Part shown: positions 30,272-39,360 of the stretch, one piece after another | Layout of the letters: each line of letters starts with the position of its first letter | Position numbering within the stretch: the stretch's first letter is position 1 | Assembly (NCBI GenBank): GCA_963850305.1 | Contig: CAWKKR010000004.1 | Location: 160,001-224,000, forward strand | Reading direction: 5' to 3' | From: an uncultured delta proteobacterium | GTDB lineage: Bacteria; Myxococcota_A; Polyangia; Polyangiales; Polyangiaceae | Length of the DNA: 64,000 bases | Notes under the pieces: model-generated | Database searches by the model: none | Told to the model about the DNA's origin: nothing | Seen by the model: only the letters and a program-made list of their open reading frames with translations | Program-made: the position numbers and the translations under genes

Positions 30272-32581
30272 TCACCCGCGAGTTGCTAATCTCGCGGGTC
30301 GGGCTCGACCACTGAAGACGAGGAGCGCGGCTGCCAGGAGGTACAGCCCCGCCGCCATCAGAAAGACCACGCGGAAGCCGAGATCGATCGCGATACCGAG
30401 CGCGAGCATGCCCCCGACGACGCTCGCCGTTCCGTTGACGAGCCAGAACCACGCTTTTCGCTGGTCGCCCCAGCGCGTGAGCCCCGAGGGGAACCACGCA
30501 CCGAGTTGCACGGCGACGCCCGCACTCAAGAGGGCGGCGACGAGTCCACGCATTGCCGGTCCGAACGCGCGCGTGGCATTGAAGATGCCCGGCGCCGACA
30601 GGCCCACGATGGCGATCACGAGGCTCGTTCCGATGAGCCACTGCCGCCCGGATCGTTCCGGCAGGACATACGACCCGACTCCGGCGCCGAGCAGCAGCCC
30701 TGCAAGCACGACGGCCGCGGAGGTCGTCGGGTGCCCGACATACTCGACGAACCGGTGCGACAGACCGACTTCCACCAGCATGAACGCGATCCCGATGAGC
30801 ACGTAATAAAGGCCGCCGCCGAGTGCGGCCAGTTGCTCGTCCTTCCGCTCGCGAAGCAATGGCAGCAGCAACGAAAACAGGAGCCCGAAGGCCGAGAGGA
30901 CCGCAACTCGCCGGATCGGGTCCAACCCTTGCGTGCTTCCGTCCACCCTGGCGAACGCGGGCTCGCGGATGAAGAAGAACGGGCGATCGTCGGTCGCGGG
31001 GGGCCGGGCGCAGTGCGCGCCGAGGGACGCCACGCACTCGTTCGCAGCCGACCCTGTCACGGGATAAACGACGTCCCAGCCGCGCAGTGTAGCGAGGTCG
31101 GCAGCACGGCGCCGCTCCTCCGGTGTGAAGGCCGCCGGGCTCGCCAGCACGGTGACGACGTGCGCCGATCGCTCGGCGAGCAGGTGATCTCCGGCGGGCG
31201 TCCACCCCTGGGCAGCGATTGCCGCGCTCATCGTCCCGAGCAGGCGCGACGATTCCGCGCCGTACCAGCGAGAAATCGAGAGAACGCCTCGCGGCTCGAG
31301 CTTGCCGAGAAACGTCCGCATCGCCTGGACCGTGTAGAGATACCCCTCGGACAGCGCGTGCGCGCCCGCGGCCGTCGAGGCGAAGCTGTCGATGAGCGAG
31401 ATCTGCACCGCGTCGTAGTGATTGTCGTCGCGCGCGAGGTAACTCCGGGCCTCGGCGAACTGCACGTCCACGCGCGGGTCGAAATAGATGCGGCCCGAGA
31501 AGGCGGCGAGCGGGCCCTTCATGAGCTCGATCATTCCGCGGTTCACCTCGACGGCACGGACGCGATGGGCTCCTTGCCGGAGCGCCGTCAGAATGTCGCG
31601 GCCGCCGCCTGGACCCACGACGAGGACCTCCGTCGCCGGGCGGATCTGGTATCCGAGCGAAGTGACGTCGTAATCGAGCGACGACAGCTTCCGGAAATCT
31701 CCCTTGAAGGCCATCACGGGAGTTCCCGCTCCCCCATCCTGCTCGATCCAACGTTCGCGGTGGTGATCCTCCGGCGGAGCGTTTCGCCCCGGACCCCACG
31801 TGAAGAACTGATCGGTGTGGAAGAAGAACGGTCGATCGAAGACGGCAAGCCGAGTGGTCGATGACCAGCGTTCCTCGATGACGCGCGCGTCGAGCTTCGT
31901 CTCGTCGTAGTTCTTGGTGTAATGAACGCGGAGCGGGGCTCCCCAGACGATGAGCGCGAAGGCCGCGACGGCGATGCCGGCCGCGGCCGCTCGCTCGCGC
32001 GAATTGCCCAGCCAGACGATCGTCAGGGTGACCGGAAAGGCGAGGCTCGCCGTCAGGGCCGGCGTCGGGATCCAGTCGAGGAGCGCGATGACCCCGAGCG
32101 CGCCGACGGCGCCCCCGACGAGGTCTGCGGCGTAGACGCGACGGAACGATTCACCCTCGGCTTCGATCAACAGGGCCACGGCGGCGGTGCCGAGCGCCAG
32201 GAAAGGCGCGGTCAGGCACACGATCGCGAGGGGCAGCGTGTGTTCGAGGTCCGGCGATCCAAACTGGAGGAGCACGGCGACGGACGCGGGAACGAGCGGG
32301 GCTGCGATCAGCAAAGCGCGCACCGGAGTACGCGCACTCGGCGGTCGGAGAATCAGCCACGCGCCGGGAAGGCCCACGCCCAGCATGGCCGCCGAAAGCA
32401 CGAGGAACACCATGTGAAAATCGACGACGACGCTCAGGATCCGGGTGAACGCGATCTGCAGGGCGAGCAGCGTCGCCGAGACGAGCGAGACCGCGATCTG
32501 GAGGCGTACCGTGGTCCGCTGCGATGTCAGGGTACGCGCGGCCCCCGCGCCGACCTCCGGCGCGCCGTCGATGATGGGCAT
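30272..32581 (-). CDS. Membrane-spanning spermidine synthase-like SAM-dependent transferase
   Basis: TM blocks with VYAADLVGGAVG flanking VLVVGPGGGRD, AVEVN, EARSYL, YDAVQIS, YLYTV, PATDDRPFFF; FWLVNGTASV. Confidence 0.82.
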   Translation of the reverse strand: MPIIDGAPEVGAGAARTLTSQRTTVRLQIAVSLVSATLLALQIAFTRILSVVVDFHMVFLVLSAAMLGVGLPGAWLILRPPSARTPVRALLIAAPLVPASVAVLLQFGSPDLEHTLPLAIVCLTAPFLALGTAAVALLIEAEGESFRRVYAADLVGGAVGALGVIALLDWIPTPALTASLAFPVTLTIVWLGNSRERAAAAGIAVAAFALIVWGAPLRVHYTKNYDETKLDARVIEERWSSTTRLAVFDRPFFFHTDQFFTWGPGRNAPPEDHHRERWIEQDGGAGTPVMAFKGDFRKLSSLDYDVTSLGYQIRPATEVLVVGPGGGRDILTALRQGAHRVRAVEVNRGMIELMKGPLAAFSGRIYFDPRVDVQFAEARSYLARDDNHYDAVQISLIDSFASTAAGAHALSEGYLYTVQAMRTFLGKLEPRGVLSISRWYGAESSRLLGTMSAAIAAQGWTPAGDHLLAERSAHVVTVLASPAAFTPEERRRAADLATLRGWDVVYPVTGSAANECVASLGAHCARPPATDDRPFFFIREPAFARVDGSTQGLDPIRRVAVLSAFGLLFSLLLPLLRERKDEQLAALGGGLYYVLIGIAFMLVEVGLSHRFVEYVGHPTTSAAVVLAGLLLGAGVGSYVLPERSGRQWLIGTSLVIAIVGLSAPGIFNATRAFGPAMRGLVAALLSAGVAVQLGAWFPSGLTRWGDQRKAWFWLVNGTASVVGGMLALGIAIDLGFRVVFLMAAGLYLLAAALLVFSGRARPARLATRG

Positions 32582-32590
32582 GAGAACGAA

Positions 32591-33538
32591 CTACAACACG
32601 GAACGAGCGGCGACGGCGAGATAGTCGACGCCCCGCCGTGGGGCCCACGCTACTTCCATACCGGCACCGGTGCGCGAGGACCGAATCTCCGCCGCAACGG
32701 CCAGGGCCCGAAATCCGGTGCCCTCCTTTCGACCGACGGCGGCGCGCACCACCGAGCCAGGCGTCAGCTCCGCGAGAGTCACCGTACCGCGTTCGCCTGC
32801 GACGCTCACCTCGTGCTCGACACGCTCGGCGCCGGCGCGCGTCGGACGAACCTCCACGAGACGGACGACGAGCGCGGCGCCGTCGGGGACACCCGCCTCG
32901 AAATATACGTCGACGGCGTCGTCGCTCCTCCGCGTGAAGACGGCCCGAGGCTCGCTCGGCACAGAAGCGGTCGCGCCCGCGCGCGCCGTGACTGGCTCCG
33001 GATCTTCGGGCGGCACGAGCGTGGGGGCATCCTCGGCCTCGTCCGGCTCGTGCTGGACCGCAGGCTCCGCGGAGGGCCGCGTGCCGCTCGCCCGCTGGCG
33101 CGTGCGCTCCCGTTCGAGCCGCGCGCGGAGCTTCCCGGCCAGCTCGTGCTCCGGCTCTTTCGACAAAACCTCATCGAGCATACCGAGCGCGCGATCGACG
33201 TGTCCCTGCGCGCCGTAGATCTCGGCGAGAGTCACCGTCGCGACGGGGCGCTCGGGTGCATTGAGGGGTTCGTAGCGGACGTCGCCGCGAATGAGCGCGG
33301 CCGCGTCCGGCAAATTCAGACCGCGCTCGACGGCGCTCGCCAGCAAATCACGCGCAACGCCGAGCCAGCCTCGGACTTTCTTTCGTTCGACGGGGTTCGG
33401 CGTCCCCAGGCGGAGCACTTCATCGACGAGCTCCACGCGCGTCATCACCTCGGGGCGGCGGACGCCGGTACGCCGCGCCTCCGCCAGGAGTGCGTCGCGA
33501 GCGAGATTTTCGAGAGCGGCGCGATCCACGGCGCTCAT
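32591..33538 (-). CDS. Hypothetical protein with Rho-N-like N-terminus and a TPR-like motif
   Basis: LLAEARRTGVRRPEVMTRVELVDEVL; ATVTLAEIYGAQGHVDRAL. ATGA overlap with the upstream aminotransferase. Confidence 0.65.
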   Translation of the reverse strand: MSAVDRAALENLARDALLAEARRTGVRRPEVMTRVELVDEVLRLGTPNPVERKKVRGWLGVARDLLASAVERGLNLPDAAALIRGDVRYEPLNAPERPVATVTLAEIYGAQGHVDRALGMLDEVLSKEPEHELAGKLRARLERERTRQRASGTRPSAEPAVQHEPDEAEDAPTLVPPEDPEPVTARAGATASVPSEPRAVFTRRSDDAVDVYFEAGVPDGAALVVRLVEVRPTRAGAERVEHEVSVAGERGTVTLAELTPGSVVRAAVGRKEGTGFRALAVAAEIRSSRTGAGMEVAWAPRRGVDYLAVAARSVL

Positions 33539-34806
33539 GCTTTGCTCTTCGCGTCCGCGATCGATGTCTCGAGACGATCACATGCCGTCTCGAGGACGCG
33601 CCGAGGAGGTCCGAACGAGAACCGCGCGTACTCGTTGAAGCGGGAGCTTTGCGCACCCCGTCGCTTGCCCGGATTAACATCGAAGAACTGCCCGGGCACG
33701 GTGATGACCTTGTACTCGAGCGCGGCCCGGAACAGCTCCATTCCATCCCCGAGCGGCGCGGGCAGGTTCGAGAGCTTTCCCCAGACGTAAAAGGTGCCCT
33801 CGGGTTCGACGTCGACCCCGATGCCCATCGCCTTCAATCGCTTCAGGAGATAGTCGCGCTTTTCACCGAAGGCTCGCACGATGGCGCGCGTCTCCCGCGC
33901 CGTACATTCCTCGTCGAGGAGCGGCACGGCCACACGCTGGAGCGGCGCGCTCCCGCCGCCGTCGAGAAACGATCCCGCGCTGCTTGCCGCCTCGATGACG
34001 CTCTTCGGGCCCACGGTCCACGAGACGCGCCACCCGGGGTACCGCCAGTTCTTCGTGAGACCATCGATGATCACGACGGGATCGCGGTCCACGTCGTCGA
34101 CATAACGGGCGGCGCTCTCCACTGGCAGAGCGTCCCCCCGGGACGTCCAGATGTAATGGGAGTAGAACTCATCGAGGATGAGCGTGCAATCGAGCTCGCG
34201 AGCGACGCGCGTGAACCCCGCGAGATCGTCGCCGCGAACGTGCTTGCCCGTCGGATTACAGGGGTTCGACATGAGGATCGCCGACAGGCCGCGGCCGCGG
34301 ACCTCGCGACGGAGATCATCGGGACTGAAGGCGTACCCTCGGTCCCCCTCGAGCAAGATCGGAATCGCCGTGAACGCGCGAAAGATCGAGAGCAGCTCCT
34401 CGTACGCCGTGTAGTCGGGAAGAAAGTGCCCGAGATTGACGGTGCCGATGCTGGCGGCAACGCGCGTGAGCGCTGCTCGTCCGCCGCCCGAGATGCTGAC
34501 GTTCTCGGCGGAGTATCGCGACTTCATTCCGCGCCGGTACAGCCGGTTATAAAGCTCCGCGACCGCCTCGCGGAGCTCCCAGAGACCCGGCACGGGAGCG
34601 TATTCCTGGTCCGCAGGGTCGATCTCGATTGCGCGAACGCGGGGTGGCGCACCCGCGAGCTCTCCCGTTTCCGGCTGTCCCTGACCAAGGTTGCACCATT
34701 CCGGATCGCGCGCGGAGTAGCCGTGACGGACCGCCTCGGCCGTCACGAAGATCACTCCGGTGCGAGGAACCGCGCGAAACGCCGTCACGTTGTGGTCGCC
34801 CGACAC
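33535..34806 (-). CDS. PLP-dependent aminotransferase class I/II
   Basis: NLGQGQPE, GLWELREAVA, SNPCNPTG, ILDEFY, GLTKNWRYPGWRV, PEGTFYVW. Confidence 0.92.
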   Translation of the reverse strand: MSGDHNVTAFRAVPRTGVIFVTAEAVRHGYSARDPEWCNLGQGQPETGELAGAPPRVRAIEIDPADQEYAPVPGLWELREAVAELYNRLYRRGMKSRYSAENVSISGGGRAALTRVAASIGTVNLGHFLPDYTAYEELLSIFRAFTAIPILLEGDRGYAFSPDDLRREVRGRGLSAILMSNPCNPTGKHVRGDDLAGFTRVARELDCTLILDEFYSHYIWTSRGDALPVESAARYVDDVDRDPVVIIDGLTKNWRYPGWRVSWTVGPKSVIEAASSAGSFLDGGGSAPLQRVAVPLLDEECTARETRAIVRAFGEKRDYLLKRLKAMGIGVDVEPEGTFYVWGKLSNLPAPLGDGMELFRAALEYKVITVPGQFFDVNPGKRRGAQSSRFNEYARFSFGPPRRVLETACDRLETSIADAKSKA

Positions 34807-34863
34807 GCGCGCGAGGCTAGCACCGCCGTGACGGAGCGTCAGGGGCGTCCGTCGAAAAACCGC

Positions 34864-35898
34864 TCAAAACCACGCGGGAAGCGCGGCATCGTCGCCTTCG
34901 CATCGGGACGTGACGACGCGGGCCGTTTCTATGTCGGTGCGGATCTGGCTGACGAGCGCTTCCACGGAGGGGAATTTTTTCTCGTCGCGGACGCGTTCCA
35001 GCAAGTGAAGGCGCAGGCGCTCGCCATAAAGATCGGCGTCGAAATCATGCAAATGCACCTCCACGCTGAAGCCTGCGTCTACCGTGGGCCGATTGCCGAT
35101 GTTCGCGACCCCCGTGCCGAGCCGGGTGCCCAGGCCATCCGCGTCCAGGCGATCGACGACGCATGCGTACACGCCGAACGCCGGAAGCGCCTCGACCACG
35201 GCGGAGAGGTTCGCCGTGGGCACACCGATTTTTCGACCGCGTCCGTCACCGCGAACCACCCTGCCAGAGAGCGCGTGCGGCCGTCCCAGTAGATGCGCCG
35301 CACCGCGAACGTCCCCCTCCCCGATCCGCTCGCGGATACGACTCGAGGAGTAGGCGCCCGCGTCGTCTCCCGCGAGCGCCTGGGCGCGCGCCATGAATCC
35401 GAGCTTCCGCCCGAGCATCTCCAGCATCGGCAGATCGCCCTCGCGATCGCGGCCGAAGCGAAAGTTCTGTCCGACCACGACTACCTTTGCTCCCAGGGCC
35501 TGCACGAGCAGGCGCTCTGCGAAGTCGGCGGGGGTCGTGGCGGCGAGCTCGCGCGTGAACGGCTCGACGACAACCGTGAGCCCGGGATCGAAGCGCGCGA
35601 GGAGCTCCGTCTTCCGGTCGAGCGGCGTGAGCACCGGCTGTCGTCCGCGACCGAGCACTTCGGCCGGGTGCGGGTCGAACGTGAGCACGACCAGCGACAG
35701 CCCCTTCGCCTCCGCCTCGGCCCGCGCGGATTCGAGCACGGCGCGGTGCCCGAGGTGTACGCCGTCGAAGTTGCCGATCGCGACGAGCGTGAACCCCGCC
35801 CTCGCGAGCGAGTTTGCACCATCGACGCGACGGCTCGAGGGCGGTTCGCGACTCGACGGCGGATTCTTGCCGCTTTCGGACGGTTCGCGCTTCGACAC
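34864..35898 (-). CDS. ribF: Bifunctional riboflavin kinase / FAD synthetase
   Basis: IGNFDGVHLGH, LTFDPHP, GQNFRFG, SSSRIR, GRKIGVPTAN, NIGNRPT, EVHL.DF..DLYG. Confidence 0.96.
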   Translation of the reverse strand: MSKREPSESGKNPPSSREPPSSRRVDGANSLARAGFTLVAIGNFDGVHLGHRAVLESARAEAEAKGLSLVVLTFDPHPAEVLGRGRQPVLTPLDRKTELLARFDPGLTVVVEPFTRELAATTPADFAERLLVQALGAKVVVVGQNFRFGRDREGDLPMLEMLGRKLGFMARAQALAGDDAGAYSSSRIRERIGEGDVRGAAHLLGRPHALSGRVVRGDGRGRKIGVPTANLSAVVEALPAFGVYACVVDRLDADGLGTRLGTGVANIGNRPTVDAGFSVEVHLHDFDADLYGERLRLHLLERVRDEKKFPSVEALVSQIRTDIETARVVTSRCEGDDAALPAWF

Positions 35899-35991
35899 CA
35901 GGGAAGCCGTCTTCTACTACGGCGCGCGCGCGCAGGCCAAGGTGTGCGGCTTGCGGCGAGAGTCCGCCGGACATAGACAGCGAGTGACCCG

Positions 35992-37092
35992 ATGACGCCC
36001 GAGCAAGCCGTAACGGAGGCCACTCGAGCCGAGCTCCGGCCGGTGTACCTCGTTCACGGAGAGGAACGGTACCTGTCGTCACTCGTGATGGCGGAGCTCC
36101 GCAAGGCTGCCGTGGGCGGCGGCGCACCCGGGCTGAACGAGGATCAGTTCGACGCCGCGAGCTCGGGCGCGGACGTCGTGCTCGCGGCGGCGCGCACCCT
36201 CCCGATGATGGCGAAGCGACGCCTCGTAGTGGTGCGCTCGATCGAAAAGTGGGAGCCGAGGGGCGAGGCGAAGCCCGAGACGAAGACGGACGCGAAGGGC
36301 CGCGTGACCTCGCTCGACCGCGTGGCAGAATACGCCGCAAACCCATCGCCGACGACGACGCTCGTCCTCGTGTCGGGAAAGCTCGACGCGCGACGAAGAC
36401 TCGTCGTGCTCGCGAAGAAGGACGGCTTCATAGTCGAATGCGACACGCCCCCGCGTAACGCGCTGCCCACGTGGCTTTCGCGCCGCGCCAAGACCCGCGG
36501 AAAGACGCTCGCGCCAGGGGTCGGCGACTTGCTCGCGGAAATTGCCGGACCGGAACTGGCGCGGCTGGACGACGCGATCGAGCGACTCTCACTCTTCGTG
36601 GGTGATGAAGCGGAGATCGGAGAGGACGCCGTCGCCGAGGCGCTCGTCGGTGTGAAGCCGTCGAGCGTGTGGGAACTCGTCGGCGCCGTGGGGCGGCGAG
36701 ACCTCGGGGGCGCGCTTGCCTCGCTCGCTCGCATTTACGATCCGAAGGATCGCGGCCTGCCGCTCCTGGGCACGCTGGCGTGGTCGATGCGACAGCTCGT
36801 CAAGTTCCACGGGGCGACCTCGCGCGGACTTTCGCCACCGGATGCCGCCAAATTCGCCGGCGCACCTCCCTTCAAGGCCACGGAGCTCGCCTCGCAGGTA
36901 AAACAGTTCAGTGGACGCGACCTCGAGCGATGGCTCCTCATCCTCGCCGAGATGGACCTTTCGCTGAAGGGCGGGTCGAAGCGGCCCCCGCTCGCCGTCC
37001 TGGAAGCGTCGCTCATGACCTTGTGCAGCGGAAAACGGGGCGGGCGCTCCCAGCGAGGCGGCCGGAGCGAGGCGCGCACGTCCGCCCGCTGA
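35992..37092 (+). CDS. holA: DNA polymerase III subunit delta
   Basis: PVYLVHGEERYL, ARTLPMMAKRRLVVV, KLDARRRL, SVWELV.AV, D..LKGG. Confidence 0.9.
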   Translation: MTPEQAVTEATRAELRPVYLVHGEERYLSSLVMAELRKAAVGGGAPGLNEDQFDAASSGADVVLAAARTLPMMAKRRLVVVRSIEKWEPRGEAKPETKTDAKGRVTSLDRVAEYAANPSPTTTLVLVSGKLDARRRLVVLAKKDGFIVECDTPPRNALPTWLSRRAKTRGKTLAPGVGDLLAEIAGPELARLDDAIERLSLFVGDEAEIGEDAVAEALVGVKPSSVWELVGAVGRRDLGGALASLARIYDPKDRGLPLLGTLAWSMRQLVKFHGATSRGLSPPDAAKFAGAPPFKATELASQVKQFSGRDLERWLLILAEMDLSLKGGSKRPPLAVLEASLMTLCSGKRGGRSQRGGRSEARTSAR

Positions 37093-37197
37093 GGGCCAAG
37101 AGTGCGGGCTTGACGCGCCTCGAGCGGCCTTGACCGAGAGTGGGCAGAGCCCCATTTGTGAGGTAGTGTCGACACCGCTCGGCAAAGTGAAGATGGA

Positions 37198-37926
37198 ATG
37201 ATTGGAATCGGTACCGGCACCTCGCGGGCTCAAACCCCCATGAAACGCCTCGAGCCCCTCGCCAAAGCGCCGCTTCCCACGGAATTCGGGGTGTTTCAGC
37301 TCCATGTTTTTCGGTGGGATGATCCGGAGGCGCACCCGGCCCTCTCGAACGAACACCTGGCACTCGTGATGGGGGACGTGAGGGGTGCGCGCGGAGTCGC
37401 GCTCCGCGTTCACTCGGAGTGCCTGACGAGCGAGGTGTTCGGCTCGCTCAAGTGCGATTGCCGGCAGCAGCTCGAGCAAGCACAGGCCGAAGTGGCGCGG
37501 CGAGGGATCGGGGTCGTTCTTTACCTACGTCAAGAAGGACGAGGCATCGGCCTCGCCAACAAGATCCGCGCGTACGCACTGCAGGAACTGGGCGCCAATA
37601 CGATCGAAGCCAACCGGCTCCTTCATCTACCCGTCGACGCGCGCCAGTACGACGTCGCCGCGGCCATGATTCGTTCGCTCGGGATCGAATCCGTGGAGCT
37701 CCTGACGAACAACCCGGGGAAGCTGGAAGCGCTACGCGATCTCGGCATCCTCGTCGATCGGCGATTACCGGTGCTGGTGGAACCCAATCGATACTCTGCG
37801 AGCTACCTCGACGTGAAGCGCCGGGAGATGCAACACGAGATCCCGAGCGACGTCGCGAATATCCGCCCCGATGGGGATGAGCAAGCAAACGCGCCCGGAG
37901 CTTCCCGCAAAGCCTCCGGGGACTAG
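37198..37926 (+). CDS. ribA: GTP cyclohydrolase II (alternative start 37240)
   Basis: LPTEFG, RVHSECLTSEVFGSLKCDC, YLRQEGRGIGLANKIRAY, LLTNNP. Confidence 0.95.
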   Translation: MIGIGTGTSRAQTPMKRLEPLAKAPLPTEFGVFQLHVFRWDDPEAHPALSNEHLALVMGDVRGARGVALRVHSECLTSEVFGSLKCDCRQQLEQAQAEVARRGIGVVLYLRQEGRGIGLANKIRAYALQELGANTIEANRLLHLPVDARQYDVAAAMIRSLGIESVELLTNNPGKLEALRDLGILVDRRLPVLVEPNRYSASYLDVKRREMQHEIPSDVANIRPDGDEQANAPGASRKASGD

Positions 37927-37940
37927 ACCGGCGCGGAAAG

Positions 37941-39341
37941 TCATTTTTTCTCGTTCGCGGCGAGGCGGCTCCTGAGGCGCGACGCGTAGCCGATCTTGTT
38001 CTCCTGCTTGGTGCGGCCAATGGCTAGCGCGTCGTCGGGGACATCTCTGGTGATGGTGGTGCCGGTGGCCACGTATGCGCCCTTGCCAATCCTGACGGGC
38101 GCGACGAGCTGCGAATCGCTACCGATGAACGCCCCTTCCTCGATGACGGTCGTGTGCTTGGAGAAGCCGTCGTAGTTGCAGAAGATCGTACCGGCGCCCA
38201 CGTTCGCCCCCGCGCCGATCTCGCCGTCACCCAGGTACGCGAGGTGATTTGCCTTCGCACCCTTGCCGACGTGCGTCTTCTTGGTCTCGACGAAATTGCC
38301 GATGTGCGCCTCTTCCTCGACGTGGCTGCCGGGTCGCAGATTGGCAAACGGGCCGATCCGAGCGCGCGCCCCGACGGAGCTCTCGGTGACGATGCTGTAC
38401 GGCTTGAGAACGGCCGCGGCGCCAATCGTAGAATCGACAACGACCGAACCGGTGTCGACGACGGCGCCAGCCTCGATCGTCGTCCGACCACGCAGATGGA
38501 CGTTGGATTCGATGAGCGCGTCTTCACCGATCGTCACGGCGTCGTCGATGCGAGCGGTTCCGCGAACGGTGACCCCCGCGTGACGGTGGCGCTCCGCGAC
38601 GCGGGCGAATACGGATTCTTCGACGAACGAAAGCTGGGCGCGATCATTCACCCCGACGAGCGCGTCGCCGCTGCCCTTCACGGCAATCGCACCCCCGCGG
38701 CCGACCGCAAACGCCACGACGTCCGTCAGATAATATTCACCTTGAGCGTTGTCCGTCGTGAGCGTCGCGAGCCCGGCTCGCAGCGCGTCCGCGCGCGCCG
38801 CGTAGATCCCGGCATTCACCTCGTGGAGCTCCTGGCGCGCTTCCGGCGAGAGATCCCGATCCTCGCGCACGCAGGTGACGCCGCCGGATGCGTCGCGGAG
38901 CACGCGCCCGTAGCCCCGGGGATCGTCGAGTTCCGCGGAGAGCAATGCGAGCGCCGCCTTCTCGCTGGCGAGCGCATCGAGCAGGCTGCGAAGGTCCGCC
39001 GGGCGCACGAGCGGCGTGTCGCCGCCGAGAATGAGTACCCGGTCCGACGCCGACTCGACCGCGTCCAGCGCGGTACGAGCCGCGTCCCCGGTGCCACGCG
39101 GCTCCGCCTGAACGACCGTCCTTACGCGACGGCCGGAAAGCGCCTCGGCGGCGTGTCGCTCGATCGCAGACCGCGCGTCCGCGCTGACCACCACGACCAC
39201 TTCCTCGGCACCGGCGTCGAGCGACGCCACGATCGGATAGTGAACGAGGGGACGCCCGGCGACACGGTGGAGGACCTTCGGGATCGCACTCCTCATGCGC
39301 TTCCCACGACCTGCGGCCAGAACGACGGCCAAAAATCCCAT
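37941..39341 (-). CDS. glmU: Bifunctional UDP-N-acetylglucosamine pyrophosphorylase / glucosamine-1-phosphate N-acetyltransferase
   Basis: VVLAAGRGKRMRS..PKVLH, GTGDA, GDTPL, GYGRV, NAQGEYYLTD, IGNFVETK, NHLAYLGD, CNYDG. Confidence 0.97.
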   Translation of the reverse strand: MGFLAVVLAAGRGKRMRSAIPKVLHRVAGRPLVHYPIVASLDAGAEEVVVVVSADARSAIERHAAEALSGRRVRTVVQAEPRGTGDAARTALDAVESASDRVLILGGDTPLVRPADLRSLLDALASEKAALALLSAELDDPRGYGRVLRDASGGVTCVREDRDLSPEARQELHEVNAGIYAARADALRAGLATLTTDNAQGEYYLTDVVAFAVGRGGAIAVKGSGDALVGVNDRAQLSFVEESVFARVAERHRHAGVTVRGTARIDDAVTIGEDALIESNVHLRGRTTIEAGAVVDTGSVVVDSTIGAAAVLKPYSIVTESSVGARARIGPFANLRPGSHVEEEAHIGNFVETKKTHVGKGAKANHLAYLGDGEIGAGANVGAGTIFCNYDGFSKHTTVIEEGAFIGSDSQLVAPVRIGKGAYVATGTTITRDVPDDALAIGRTKQENKIGYASRLRSRLAANEKK

Positions 39342-39360
39342 GTATCTCTCTTCGATCTGT

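Noticed and set aside
37093..37240. FMN riboswitch upstream of ribA
   Set aside because: Conserved RFN element sequences are not present in this short region.
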